The notes beneath the pieces are model-generated. The model was not told where the DNA came from. It worked only from the letters and a program-made list of their open reading frames with translations, and ran no database searches. This document shows positions 28,373-38,077 of a stretch of 64,000 nucleotides of DNA, in pieces; position 1 is the stretch's first letter, and each line of letters begins with the position of its first letter. The stretch lies in contig JAZODS010000020.1 of assembly GCA_045597165.1 (NCBI GenBank), positions 37,281-101,280 of the forward strand, read 5' to 3'. A program made the translations under genes and the position numbers. The DNA is from Lachnospiraceae bacterium. Its GTDB lineage: Bacteria > Bacillota > Clostridia > Lachnospirales > Lachnospiraceae.

Positions 28373-29698
28373 ATGAGAATGTATGATATCATTACGAAGA
28401 AAAAATGCGGAAAGGAATTATCCGATGCGGAGATTGCTTATGTGGTTTCCGGTTATACGGACGGCTCGATTCCGGATTATCAGATGTCGGCGTTTCTGAT
28501 GGCTTGCTGTCTGAAGGGATTGAGTGAGAAAGAGACGATCTCCTTGACAATGGAGATGGCCAATAGCGGAGACGTGCTTGACTTGTCTGCGATTGAGGGC
28601 GTGACGGCGGACAAGCACAGTACCGGCGGTGTCGGTGATAAGACTTCGTTGATATTGGGCCCGTTGGTTGCGGCATTGGGTGTTCCCGTTGCGAAGATGT
28701 CCGGTAGAGGCTTGGGGCATACGGGAGGAACGATTGATAAGCTCGAAAGCATTCCGGGCTTTCAGACGAGCATTTCCACAGAGAAGTTTTTTGAAAATGT
28801 AAATGAGATGAAACTGGCGATTGTCGGTCAGACCGCGAATCTGGCTCCGGCGGATAAGAAGATCTATGCGCTTCGTGATGTGACTGCAACGGTAGACAAC
28901 ATTTCGTTGATTGCCGCCAGCATTATGAGTAAAAAGATTGCTGCGGGTGCGCAGGTTATCGTATTGGATGTTAAGACCGGTAGCGGTGCATTTATGAAGA
29001 CGCTCGAGGATTCGATTGCTTTGGCTGAGATGATGGTTCGAATCGGTCGCGGAGTTGGCAGAAAGACATACGCCGTAATCACGGATATGAATCAGGTGCT
29101 CGGTAGAAATGTCGGCAATGCGTTGGAGGTACAAGAGGCAATCGGTGTCTTGGCAGGCGATGCAGAGGCGGATTTGTATGAGGTGAGCATCTTGTTGGCG
29201 GCATTTATGCTGATGGGCTGCGGAAAAGCGAATACGCTCGAAGAGGCAAAGCAAATGCTTTCCGACACGATCGAAAGCGGTGCGGCACTGAATAAGATGG
29301 TTGAGTTTGTACAGAGACAAGGCGGCGATGCATCGTATGTATTGAATACGGAGCTCTTCCCGAAGACTTCAATCGTATATGAGGTTCCTTCTCCGTGTGA
29401 CGGTTATGTTGCATCGACAAATGCCGAGGAAATCGGCATGACCTCTCTAACACTTGGTGGAGGACGTGTGACGAAGGATAGCGTGATCGATCCTGCGGTT
29501 GGTATTCGCATGAATAAGAAGGTCGGAGACTATGTTCGAAAGGGAGAGTCTCTGGGCACGCTTTATGCGAACGACAAAGAGTCTTTGAGCGCAGCTGAAC
29601 AGCGTTTCCTCAATGCATTTGTATTATCGGAGGAGCCGGTGGATGCGTGCAAGACGGTATATGGCTATGTAGACGAAACGGGTTATCACGAGTTATAA
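28373..29698 (+). CDS. pdp: Pyrimidine-nucleoside phosphorylase
   Basis: DKHSTGGVGDKTSL, SGRGLGHTGGTIDKLES. ATG 28373 follows cggagg. Confidence 0.93.
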   Translation: MRMYDIITKKKCGKELSDAEIAYVVSGYTDGSIPDYQMSAFLMACCLKGLSEKETISLTMEMANSGDVLDLSAIEGVTADKHSTGGVGDKTSLILGPLVAALGVPVAKMSGRGLGHTGGTIDKLESIPGFQTSISTEKFFENVNEMKLAIVGQTANLAPADKKIYALRDVTATVDNISLIAASIMSKKIAAGAQVIVLDVKTGSGAFMKTLEDSIALAEMMVRIGRGVGRKTYAVITDMNQVLGRNVGNALEVQEAIGVLAGDAEADLYEVSILLAAFMLMGCGKANTLEEAKQMLSDTIESGAALNKMVEFVQRQGGDASYVLNTELFPKTSIVYEVPSPCDGYVASTNAEEIGMTSLTLGGGRVTKDSVIDPAVGIRMNKKVGDYVRKGESLGTLYANDKESLSAAEQRFLNAFVLSEEPVDACKTVYGYVDETGYHEL

Positions 29699-29767
29699 AA
29701 ATAGAATGCCGATATGCATATTTTGCAGGCTGTAGATTAGAATAGTACCAAAGGTCTAGGAGACAGT

Positions 29768-30976
29768 ATGGGAAGACGATTTCTAATCTGCGGCCTGCTT
29801 CTTTGTCTGCTTTTATCAACTGCAGCCGCAAATGAGCCACTGCCCGCAACAGATGCCGTTGAGGTAGTTGCCGGCGCCAATGAACAAGCAAAGGCAGACG
29901 AGCTTGGCTTGTTGAGCGAGGCGTACGTGCTTATGGACACCGATACGGGGAATATATTGTGTGAGAAAAATGCTACGAAAGAGTTGGCGATGGCGAGCAT
30001 CACAAAGATTATGACCATTTTGTTGACGATGGAGGCAATCGACGAAGGGTCTCTTTCGTATGATACGATGGTGACCGTAAGTGAGCACGCGGCGTCACTC
30101 GGAGGCTCTCAGGTGTATCTTGAGGTCGGCGAGCAGCTATGCGTTGATGATATGCTGAAGTGCATTTGCATTGCAAGCGCAAATGATGCTTCGGTTGCAA
30201 TGGCAGAGCATTTGGCCGGCACGGAGGAGGCATTTGTGCAAAGGATGAATGTGCGTGCAGCTGAGCTTGGAATGGAAAATACGCATTTTGTAAACTGTTA
30301 CGGACTGGATACCGACGGCCACTACAGCTCGGCGAAGGATGTTGCCATTATGTCGAGAGAATTGATGAAGCATCATCCTGAGATTACGAAGTATACAACG
30401 ACGTGGATGGATAGCATTGTACATAATACGGCTCGCGGAAGCAGTGAATTCGGCTTGTCGAATACAAATCGTCTTATTAAAAGCTACGAGGGCATTACCG
30501 GTCTGAAGACCGGCTCTACGGGAAATGCGAAGTACTGTCTAAGTGCTACGGCGACAAGAGACGGTTCCAGTTTGGTTGCGGTCATTATGGCGGCACCGAG
30601 CACGAAGGACCGATTTGCGGAAGCGACGAAGCTTTTAAACTATGGATTCGCAAATTATCATCGCTATGAGGATACGCAGAGCAAAGGCAAGCTGTATGAG
30701 GTGAAGATCGGCGGTGCGATGGAAAGTCATATGAACGGTATCGTAGAGAACCCGTTCGGAATCCTGCTGCCAAAGGACGTTGCAAGTGAATCAATCACTT
30801 CAAAGCTTGAACTGAAGACGATAAATGCTCCGGTAAAAAGGGGCGATGAACTCGGTGAACTCGTGTATTATCTTGACGAAGTGGAGCTCGGAAGAGTGAC
30901 AATTGTTGCGGAAAAGGATATGGCACACGCAAAATATACGGATTACCTTGTGAAATTGTTCGATTTGTTCTTCTGA
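29768..30976 (+). CDS. Serine-type D-Ala-D-Ala carboxypeptidase (PBP5/DacB-DacF class, S11)
   Basis: Signal peptide; SxxK MASITKIMT, SAND (SxN), KTGST (KTG), C-terminal PBP5_C-like domain. Confidence 0.9.
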   Translation: MGRRFLICGLLLCLLLSTAAANEPLPATDAVEVVAGANEQAKADELGLLSEAYVLMDTDTGNILCEKNATKELAMASITKIMTILLTMEAIDEGSLSYDTMVTVSEHAASLGGSQVYLEVGEQLCVDDMLKCICIASANDASVAMAEHLAGTEEAFVQRMNVRAAELGMENTHFVNCYGLDTDGHYSSAKDVAIMSRELMKHHPEITKYTTTWMDSIVHNTARGSSEFGLSNTNRLIKSYEGITGLKTGSTGNAKYCLSATATRDGSSLVAVIMAAPSTKDRFAEATKLLNYGFANYHRYEDTQSKGKLYEVKIGGAMESHMNGIVENPFGILLPKDVASESITSKLELKTINAPVKRGDELGELVYYLDEVELGRVTIVAEKDMAHAKYTDYLVKLFDLFF

Positions 30977-31073
30977 GACACAAGAAGTTGTGTATTTTGC
31001 ACCGTTCGTTCACTATATTTTGTTGACAAGCAAGTTGTGTTTGTGTATAATGTTTTGGAGAGGAGGGGTGCGC

Positions 31074-31931
31074 ATGCATTATGTTCTTATAGCGGTTTTG
31101 ATTGTAATCGCTTTGCTGTTGCTTCATGCGTATCTCATTCAACGCAGCTTTAAGCTTGTCACTTATCGTGTTGCGGTTACCAAGAGCATTGTTGCCGATT
31201 GGAAGACGAAGAAGCTACTTGTTGTTGCCGATCTTCACAATCACAGCTATGGCCTGCACAATGAACATTTGCTTAATGCAATTCGAGAAGCGGCTCCGGA
31301 TGTCATATTGATTCCCGGCGACCTATTGGTGTGCGGTAGTGATAAGAATCCCGTGGCTTTTGAGTTTCTTGAGAGGCTTTCGCAGCTTTCGGTTCCGATT
31401 TGTTATTCGCTCGGCAATCACGAGGATAAGCTGCGAGTAGAGTGCCCCGATCAGTTTGATGAGCTGTCGAAGCTTTGTAAGAGGCTTAGCATTCATCTGC
31501 TGGATAATGAGTGCGTAACGATTGACGACGGCATTTCCGTGTCCGGCGTTACCATTCCTCGAGAGTGTTATCGGAAAGGCTTTGCGACGAAGCACATTTG
31601 CACTGGGAATGTGAACGAGCTGCTAGGTGATGCACCGCAAAGTGACGTCCTGGTGCTTTTGGCGCACAATCCGGTTTATTTTGAACAGTATGCGTCGTAC
31701 GGAGCGGATGTAGTAGTATCCGGCCATATGCATGGCGGTATCATGAGACTTCCGATACTCGGCGGCGTGATTTCCCCGCAATGGAGACTGTTTCCGAAGT
31801 ACGACGGTGGACAGTTTACGCGGGACAATAGCAGTATGGTCGTATCGCGTGGCTTGGGCTTGCATACGTTACCGGTTCGATTCTTTCAGTCGCCGGAATT
31901 GGTCGTAATTCAGCTTGAGAGACAAGAATGA
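31074..31931 (+). CDS. Membrane-anchored metallophosphoesterase (calcineurin-like)
   Basis: N-terminal TM; ADLHN, PGDLL, GNHE, SGHMHGG motifs. Confidence 0.8.
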   Translation: MHYVLIAVLIVIALLLLHAYLIQRSFKLVTYRVAVTKSIVADWKTKKLLVVADLHNHSYGLHNEHLLNAIREAAPDVILIPGDLLVCGSDKNPVAFEFLERLSQLSVPICYSLGNHEDKLRVECPDQFDELSKLCKRLSIHLLDNECVTIDDGISVSGVTIPRECYRKGFATKHICTGNVNELLGDAPQSDVLVLLAHNPVYFEQYASYGADVVVSGHMHGGIMRLPILGGVISPQWRLFPKYDGGQFTRDNSSMVVSRGLGLHTLPVRFFQSPELVVIQLERQE

Positions 31932-31963
31932 TATAGATAGTAGTCTACAAAGGAGGTTTTCCA

Positions 31964-32737
31964 ATGAGCTTATCGGTTAAACTTGAAGCATTTGAAGGTC
32001 CGCTTGATTTGTTGCTTCATTTGATTGAAAAGAACAAAGTGAATATCTACGATATTCCGATTGCGATGATTACGGATCAGTACATGGAGTACCTCCGTAA
32101 GATGCAAGAAAATCAGATGGACAATATGAGTGAGTTTCTTGTAATGGCGGCTACGCTTTTGCGCATCAAGTCGGCGATGCTTTTGCCGATTGAGATTACG
32201 GAAGACGATTCCGAATCGGATCCTCGCGCAGAGCTCGTGGAGAGACTCCTCGAGTATAAGATGTACAAATACGCCTCCTACGAGTTGAAGGACCGTCAGA
32301 TCGATGCGGCGAAGCATTTGTATCGCACAGAGAGCATTCCGAAGGAAGTGGCATGCTTTAAGGAGGATATTAAGGCGGAAGACGTTGTCGGAGACCTTCG
32401 TCTCGATACGTTAAATGCTATCTTTAAGGACGTTATGAAGCGTCAGGAGAACAAGATCGATCCGATTCGCAGCAAGTTCGGTAAGATTGAGCTTGAATCG
32501 GTGAACTTTAAGGAGAAGGTTCATCACATTCAGGAATACGGAATCAAGCACCGTCGTTTTAGCTTCCGAAGACTTTTGGAACGTGCCGGTGACAAACTTG
32601 AGCTGATTGTAACGTTCCTTGGAATTCTCGAATTGATCCATATGGGCAGAATGTGCATTCGTCAGACGGTATTGTTCGAGGATATTGAGATTGAGTATTT
32701 GGCAAATGATATTGTTTCCGTTGAGCAGTACGCGTAA
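31964..32737 (+). CDS. scpA: Segregation and condensation protein A
   Basis: FEGPLDLLLHLIEKNKVNIYDIPIAMITDQY, the canonical ScpA N-terminus. Confidence 0.93.
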   Translation: MSLSVKLEAFEGPLDLLLHLIEKNKVNIYDIPIAMITDQYMEYLRKMQENQMDNMSEFLVMAATLLRIKSAMLLPIEITEDDSESDPRAELVERLLEYKMYKYASYELKDRQIDAAKHLYRTESIPKEVACFKEDIKAEDVVGDLRLDTLNAIFKDVMKRQENKIDPIRSKFGKIELESVNFKEKVHHIQEYGIKHRRFSFRRLLERAGDKLELIVTFLGILELIHMGRMCIRQTVLFEDIEIEYLANDIVSVEQYA

Positions 32738-32763
32738 TCAAAGCATTTGCATTGGTGAGGAAG

Positions 32764-33330
32764 ATGGAAGATAAGGTTTTGAAAAAAGCACAGATAGAGG
32801 CGATGCTGTTTGCGATGGGCGATGCGGTTGAGGCGGACCGAATGGCTGCCGCGCTTGAGATTGAAGAGGATGAGCTTGTCGCATTGGTTGATGAACTGAT
32901 TGCGGAATATGAAGAAGCGAATCGCGGCATTATGATTTCTCGTATCGACCGTAAGTATCAGATGTGCACTAAGGTGGAGCATTACGAGACTCTGATTCGC
33001 CTATGTCATGTGCCGAAGAAGCACGTTTTGACGGATGTGTTGCTCGAGACACTTTCCATTATTGCATATAAGCAACCGGTTACGAGACAGGAGATTGAAG
33101 CAATTCGCGGCGTCGGCTGTGACTTTGCAATCAATAAGCTTTTGGATTACCATTTGATCTGTGAGCTCGGACGTATGGACGCTCCGGGACGACCGATTTT
33201 GTTTGGTACTACCGATGATTTCTTAAGAAGCTTCGGAGTTTCTTCGCTGGATGAGCTGCCGCATATCGATAGCTCTAAGGTAGAGGAATTCAAGATGGAG
33301 GCTGAGGAAGAGACGACGATCGGAGTATAG
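32764..33330 (+). CDS. scpB: Segregation and condensation protein B
   Basis: IEAMLFAMGD, ETLSIIAYKQPVTRQEIEAIRGV, GRPILFGTTDDFL. Confidence 0.93.
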   Translation: MEDKVLKKAQIEAMLFAMGDAVEADRMAAALEIEEDELVALVDELIAEYEEANRGIMISRIDRKYQMCTKVEHYETLIRLCHVPKKHVLTDVLLETLSIIAYKQPVTRQEIEAIRGVGCDFAINKLLDYHLICELGRMDAPGRPILFGTTDDFLRSFGVSSLDELPHIDSSKVEEFKMEAEEETTIGV

Positions 33331-33375
33331 ATACGCTTTTCACGACACTGTTATACATTAGTAACTCTAGCATGA

Positions 33376-33406
33376 GCTGTGGCGATTCGTTCGCCGCAGC
33401 TTTTTG
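33376..33406 (+). terminator. Intrinsic terminator after scpB
   Basis: gctgtggcga-ttcgt-tcgccgcagc followed by ttttt. Confidence 0.7.
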
Positions 33407-33483
33407 CTGTCTTGAGTTTGAAGTCTATTCGCCGCCTTTCGGAATACTATTAATAGTAAAGTGCTTGGGATGGTTACATAGCA

Positions 33484-34698
33484 ATGAAATATCGGATTTT
33501 GTGCGTTGCCGCTTGGTTATTGTGTGCGTGCCTATATTGTAAGCTGAACTATAACCCTCAACAGGAGAAACCGGTAGACTACATAGCTCCGTACAGTGTC
33601 ACACTTATGGAATCGGACGGTGAGGAGGCGAAGCTTGGTGAAAATGAGCTGAATGCAATCGGAGCCTGCCTTATGGATGCGCAAAACTGCCGCGTACTGT
33701 ATGGGAAAGCCTCCGACAAAACGTTGGCTATGGCGAGTACAACAAAGATAATGACATGCTTAATTGCTCTTGAGCATTGCAACCAAAATGAAGTCGTTAC
33801 CGTTAGCAAATACGCCGCATCGCAACCTCCTGTGCAGATGAACATTCAAGAGGGCGAAAAGTACTACCTGAAGGATTTGCTGCATTCGATGATGATGGAA
33901 AGCCACAACGATTCCGCGGTTGCGGTGGCGGAGCATGTGGCCGGAAGCGAGGAGGCATTTTGCAAGCTGATGACCGAAAAAGCAAAGAAGCTCGGTGCGG
34001 TGAACACGGTGTTTGGTTCGGCAAATGGACTGGATAAGGGCGAGCACCATACGACGCCGGAGGATTTGGCATTGATTGCTTCCTATGCAGTCAGAAACGA
34101 TGCCTTTCTTGCGATAGTCGGTTGTGACACCTATACGGTTCATGAGATTAACGGAGGTCGAAGTGTGTTCCTTGCAAACATCGATAAGTATCTTTATATG
34201 GACTCCAATGCTATCGGAATCAAGACCGGCTTTACGAACAAAGCCGGCTATTGCTTCGTAGGAGCCACGAGACACGAAGATACGGTACTTATCTCGGTTG
34301 TACTAGGAAGTGGCTGGCCTCCGAACAAAAGCTTCAAATGGAACGATACAAAGGCGCTTGTGGCTTATGGGAGAGAGCATTTTCATAGAAAAGAGCTGAG
34401 CCTTACTAAGGAGGTTCTGGGGGCTGTCATCGTTGAGAACGGTCAGCGTGATTACGTAGAGATTGTTCCGCAGTATGAATGGACGGACTCCCTCTTGCTT
34501 GGAAATGAGAAGGTTACGGTAGAATATTTATTTGAAGAATGTTACGAAGCTCCGATAGAGGCCGGTGAGTTTCTCGGCTCCGCGCGAGTCATGATTGAGG
34601 ATGAGCTGTATTGCGAAATACCGATTGTCTCAACGGAAGAGGTTGCAATGATCGATTACAACTATTATTTTGACCGACTGAGTGAGTATCTTTGGTAG
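33484..34698 (+). CDS. Second serine-type D-Ala-D-Ala carboxypeptidase (S11)
   Basis: MASTTKIMT (SxxK), SHND (SxN), KTGFT (KTG). N-terminal hydrophobic/lipobox-like segment. Confidence 0.85.
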   Translation: MKYRILCVAAWLLCACLYCKLNYNPQQEKPVDYIAPYSVTLMESDGEEAKLGENELNAIGACLMDAQNCRVLYGKASDKTLAMASTTKIMTCLIALEHCNQNEVVTVSKYAASQPPVQMNIQEGEKYYLKDLLHSMMMESHNDSAVAVAEHVAGSEEAFCKLMTEKAKKLGAVNTVFGSANGLDKGEHHTTPEDLALIASYAVRNDAFLAIVGCDTYTVHEINGGRSVFLANIDKYLYMDSNAIGIKTGFTNKAGYCFVGATRHEDTVLISVVLGSGWPPNKSFKWNDTKALVAYGREHFHRKELSLTKEVLGAVIVENGQRDYVEIVPQYEWTDSLLLGNEKVTVEYLFEECYEAPIEAGEFLGSARVMIEDELYCEIPIVSTEEVAMIDYNYYFDRLSEYLW

Positions 34699-34749
34699 AT
34701 TGTCTCGACTATGAGTATGCGAATATTGGTCAATGCGTAGTTCAACCAC

Positions 34750-34778
34750 TTGTAATTCCTTTTTTTCTATGCTACAAT
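34750..34778 (+). promoter_or_regulatory. Sigma-A promoter for the SNF2 helicase gene
   Basis: TTGTAA-17 nt-TACAAT with TGc extended -10. Confidence 0.45.
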
Positions 34779-34811
34779 GATAGAATCCTCAAACGAAAGG
34801 AAGCAGGCAGA

Positions 34812-37800
34812 ATGAAGTTGACTAAGGCAATGATTAAGCGACTTGCGATGTCGGAAAATGAGTTTGCAGAAGGCTTTATGTATTATAAGAACGGCCGTCT
34901 TACACGTGCGGTTGCGTCTAATGACAAGTCGATTTTTCAATTCTCCGTTAAGGGAAATTATCCGTATAAGGTTGTCATTCATCTCGGAGATGAGCTTCAG
35001 TATTCTTGTACTTGTGCGGCAAATGCAAGACCGTCTAAGGGTGCTTGTAAGCATGTAATTGCCGGTCTTTTGTTTGTGCAGCAGCTCGATGGCAATGTGA
35101 CGTCTTCAGAGGATGCATCCGAGGAAGAGCAAAGAGCGGCGCAGATTATAAATTACTATGAGGACATGGACGGAGTGATCTCCGGAGAGGCTTGTAGACT
35201 GCAGCTTTCGTTTTATTATAAAGGCTTGCTCAGACAGGGCAGCGATGTTATTCCGCTTCGCTTGTCCATGGGAACGTCACGAATGTACAAGATACAATCG
35301 GTCAAAAAGATGCTCGAAGCCATTCGGAATAACAACAGCTTTACGCTCGGTAAGGATTTTTCCTATCATGGCGGCATCACGGAGTTCGATTACCCTTCTC
35401 AGGCGGTATGCTCGTATCTGATGGACGTCTTAGAGCTTGAGGAGCGCTATAATATAGTCGGTGAGCATTCGGCATTTCAGCGAAATGAGGTTATGCTTTC
35501 GCAGCGTATGTTTTTAGAGGTACTTCGTCGTTGGGCAGGTAGACAGTTCAACATGGTTGTTCGCAACAGAGTCATCGGTAAGGTCACATTTGTCGACGGG
35601 AACCCGAGAATCGCTTACGAAATCGATGTTGAGGATGAGTACGTATCGCTTGCTTATGTGGACGGCGTTCGAGCATTTTCCATGACGGCGGACGGAGAGC
35701 TCATCTACTATGACAATGTCATCTATCATCCGCAGAAGCAGTTCGTAAAGAACTATCTGCCGATTTACAATACGCTTTCTAAGGAAAATGCTCAGCTCGT
35801 GTTCCGTGGTGAGCAGGCAACGCATTTTCTTGAGGATGTGCTGCCGAAGTTGCATGACACGATGAATCTGCAGATTCCGGAGTCGCTGAAGGAGCGCTAT
35901 TTGACGTATCCGTTGACGGCGAGTCTGTATCTCGATTATGTACACAGAAACATTCGCGCGGAGCTGGAATATACGTATGGAGAGTATACGTTCAGTAGCT
36001 TTTCGGATCCGGTTACGGATGGCAAGATTCTTGTTCGCGATCATGTGAAGGAGGATGCCATCGCACAGGCACTTCAGGACTGCGGGTTTGAGCTTCACAA
36101 CGGCTATTATTTGCTTGTAAATGCAGATGCGATTTACGATTTTATTACCGGTAATCGCGGTGAGCTTCCTGAGTTATGTACGCTCATGTATTCTTCGAGC
36201 TTTCACAAGCTGCGTATATCGCAGGGAGAAAAGATATCTTACGCCGTACACCGCGTTCAAGGCGAGGATTATCTGTCGCTCGACATTAGCTTCGAGGACA
36301 CTTCGAAGGAAGAGCTTCGCGACATATTCCGTGCACTTCAAATGAAGAGACGTTATTATCGATTGAAGGACGGAGATTTCTTGACACTTCAGTCCGAGCA
36401 TTTGCAAAATGCTTTGGATATGATTTCAGCGGTTGGCGGTTCGATTCGTCAGATGAAAGAGGGAAGTGTTCGGTTAGAGCGTTCGCAGGCGTCGTATTTG
36501 GAGCATTTGCTGAAGGAAAAGAACTGTGACTTTGAGATGGATGAGTCCATTCGCGAGGTCATCTATTCGCTTAAGAATCCGCCAAAGCGTGATTGCCCGG
36601 CTGAGATCATTGCCGATGTAAGACCGTATCAGCAGCTCGGATATGAGTGGATGTGCAATTTGGCCGTGCAAGGTATGGGCGGAATTCTTGCGGATGACAT
36701 GGGTCTTGGTAAGACGTTGCAGGCGATTATGTTTATTGCGTCGCTTCCGAAGGAGGAGAGAAGTCTCATCATCTGTCCGACGTCTTTGATGTACAATTGG
36801 AAGGACGAGATTGAGAATTTTGCTCCGAGCATTTCCGCTGAGATTATATGCGGTATGCCCGAGGATAGAAAGAAAATGATCGAAGAAAGTAAAGCACGCA
36901 TCTTGATCACTTCCTATCCGCTTTTAAGGCGCGACATTCGATTGTATAGTGATAAGAGATTTGCTAGTGTATTTTTGGATGAGGCGCAGAACATTAAGAA
37001 CAGCACTTCGATGAATGCAATGAGCGTTAAGCGCATTCAAACCGACCATCGATTTGCGCTTACCGGTACTCCGATAGAAAATTCGCTGTCTGAGATTTGG
37101 TCGATTTTCGATTTTATCATGCCGGGATATCTGTTTCATCATGCTCGCTTTGCGTCGGAGTATGTTAAGCCTGTGATGAACAACGAGGACGAAGTGATCA
37201 ATAGGCTGAATATGCGAATCGATCCATTTGTCTTGCGCAGAATGAAGCATGACGTGCTTTCGGAGCTTCCCGAGAAGACGGAAGAGAAGATTTTGATCGA
37301 GCTTTCCGACGAGCAGAAGAAGCTGTATGCAGCATATTTGGACCATTATAAGGGTGAGTTTATGCTTGAAGACGAAGCGTATGCGATGTCGCATAATCGG
37401 ATTCAGATCTTGAGTGCGCTTATGAGATTGCGCCAGATTTGCTGCCATCCGTCCACCTTTATTGAGAATTATAACGGCGACAGCTCGAAGATGGATTTGC
37501 TGCTTCAATTGTTACAAAATGCGATTGAATCCGGACATCGTGTCCTCGTATTCTCGCAGTTCACGTCGATGCTTGACCTGATTAAGGCGGAGCTAAATGA
37601 GCGCACGATTCCGTACTTCTGCATCGAAGGAGAAACTAAGATTGCAGATCGAAATCGTTACGTGAAGGACTTCAATGACGGCGTCAACGATGTGTTCTTG
37701 ATTTCACTGAAGGCCGGAGGTACCGGCTTGAACCTTACCGGAGCCGACATGGTTATTCATGTGGACCCGTGGTGGAATCCTGCGGTGGAAGAGCAGGCTA

Positions 37801-37991
37801 CCGACCGTGCATATCGTATCGGTCAGGGTAAGAATGTGCATGTCATTAAGCTGCTGTCCAAGGACACCATCGAGGAGAAGATTTATCGACTCCAGCAGAA
37901 AAAGAGAAAGCTTGCCGATTCGATCATCGATAAGCAGGGCGATTTCTTGAAGAACCTAACGAAGGAAGAGCTTCTGGATATCTTTACGTAA
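34812..37991 (+). CDS. SNF2-family DNA/RNA helicase with N-terminal SWIM zinc finger
   Basis: SWIM CSCAANARPSKGACKHVIAGL. SNF2_N LADDMGLGKTLQ, DEAQNIKN. Helicase C FLISLKAGGTGLNLTGADMVIHVDPWWNPAVEEQATDRAYRIGQ. Start at ATG 34812 after aggaagcagg; the ORF track starts at 34692. Confidence 0.9.
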   Translation: MKLTKAMIKRLAMSENEFAEGFMYYKNGRLTRAVASNDKSIFQFSVKGNYPYKVVIHLGDELQYSCTCAANARPSKGACKHVIAGLLFVQQLDGNVTSSEDASEEEQRAAQIINYYEDMDGVISGEACRLQLSFYYKGLLRQGSDVIPLRLSMGTSRMYKIQSVKKMLEAIRNNNSFTLGKDFSYHGGITEFDYPSQAVCSYLMDVLELEERYNIVGEHSAFQRNEVMLSQRMFLEVLRRWAGRQFNMVVRNRVIGKVTFVDGNPRIAYEIDVEDEYVSLAYVDGVRAFSMTADGELIYYDNVIYHPQKQFVKNYLPIYNTLSKENAQLVFRGEQATHFLEDVLPKLHDTMNLQIPESLKERYLTYPLTASLYLDYVHRNIRAELEYTYGEYTFSSFSDPVTDGKILVRDHVKEDAIAQALQDCGFELHNGYYLLVNADAIYDFITGNRGELPELCTLMYSSSFHKLRISQGEKISYAVHRVQGEDYLSLDISFEDTSKEELRDIFRALQMKRRYYRLKDGDFLTLQSEHLQNALDMISAVGGSIRQMKEGSVRLERSQASYLEHLLKEKNCDFEMDESIREVIYSLKNPPKRDCPAEIIADVRPYQQLGYEWMCNLAVQGMGGILADDMGLGKTLQAIMFIASLPKEERSLIICPTSLMYNWKDEIENFAPSISAEIICGMPEDRKKMIEESKARILITSYPLLRRDIRLYSDKRFASVFLDEAQNIKNSTSMNAMSVKRIQTDHRFALTGTPIENSLSEIWSIFDFIMPGYLFHHARFASEYVKPVMNNEDEVINRLNMRIDPFVLRRMKHDVLSELPEKTEEKILIELSDEQKKLYAAYLDHYKGEFMLEDEAYAMSHNRIQILSALMRLRQICCHPSTFIENYNGDSSKMDLLLQLLQNAIESGHRVLVFSQFTSMLDLIKAELNERTIPYFCIEGETKIADRNRYVKDFNDGVNDVFLISLKAGGTGLNLTGADMVIHVDPWWNPAVEEQATDRAYRIGQGKNVHVIKLLSKDTIEEKIYRLQQKKRKLADSIIDKQGDFLKNLTKEELLDIFT

Positions 37992-38011
37992 TTGTTATTG
38001 CTAATAGAAAA

Positions 38012-38056
38012 GCCCGAAACGAGGCAATTTGTTTGCTTTGTTTCGGGCCATTTTCA
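38012..38056. terminator. Bidirectional terminator between the convergent SNF2 gene and the acidic zinc-ribbon gene
   Basis: gcccgaaac...gtttcgggc, flanked by an A-run on the left and a T-rich tract on the right. Confidence 0.65.
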
Positions 38057-38077
38057 TTTTATTTATTGTTGGGCAAA

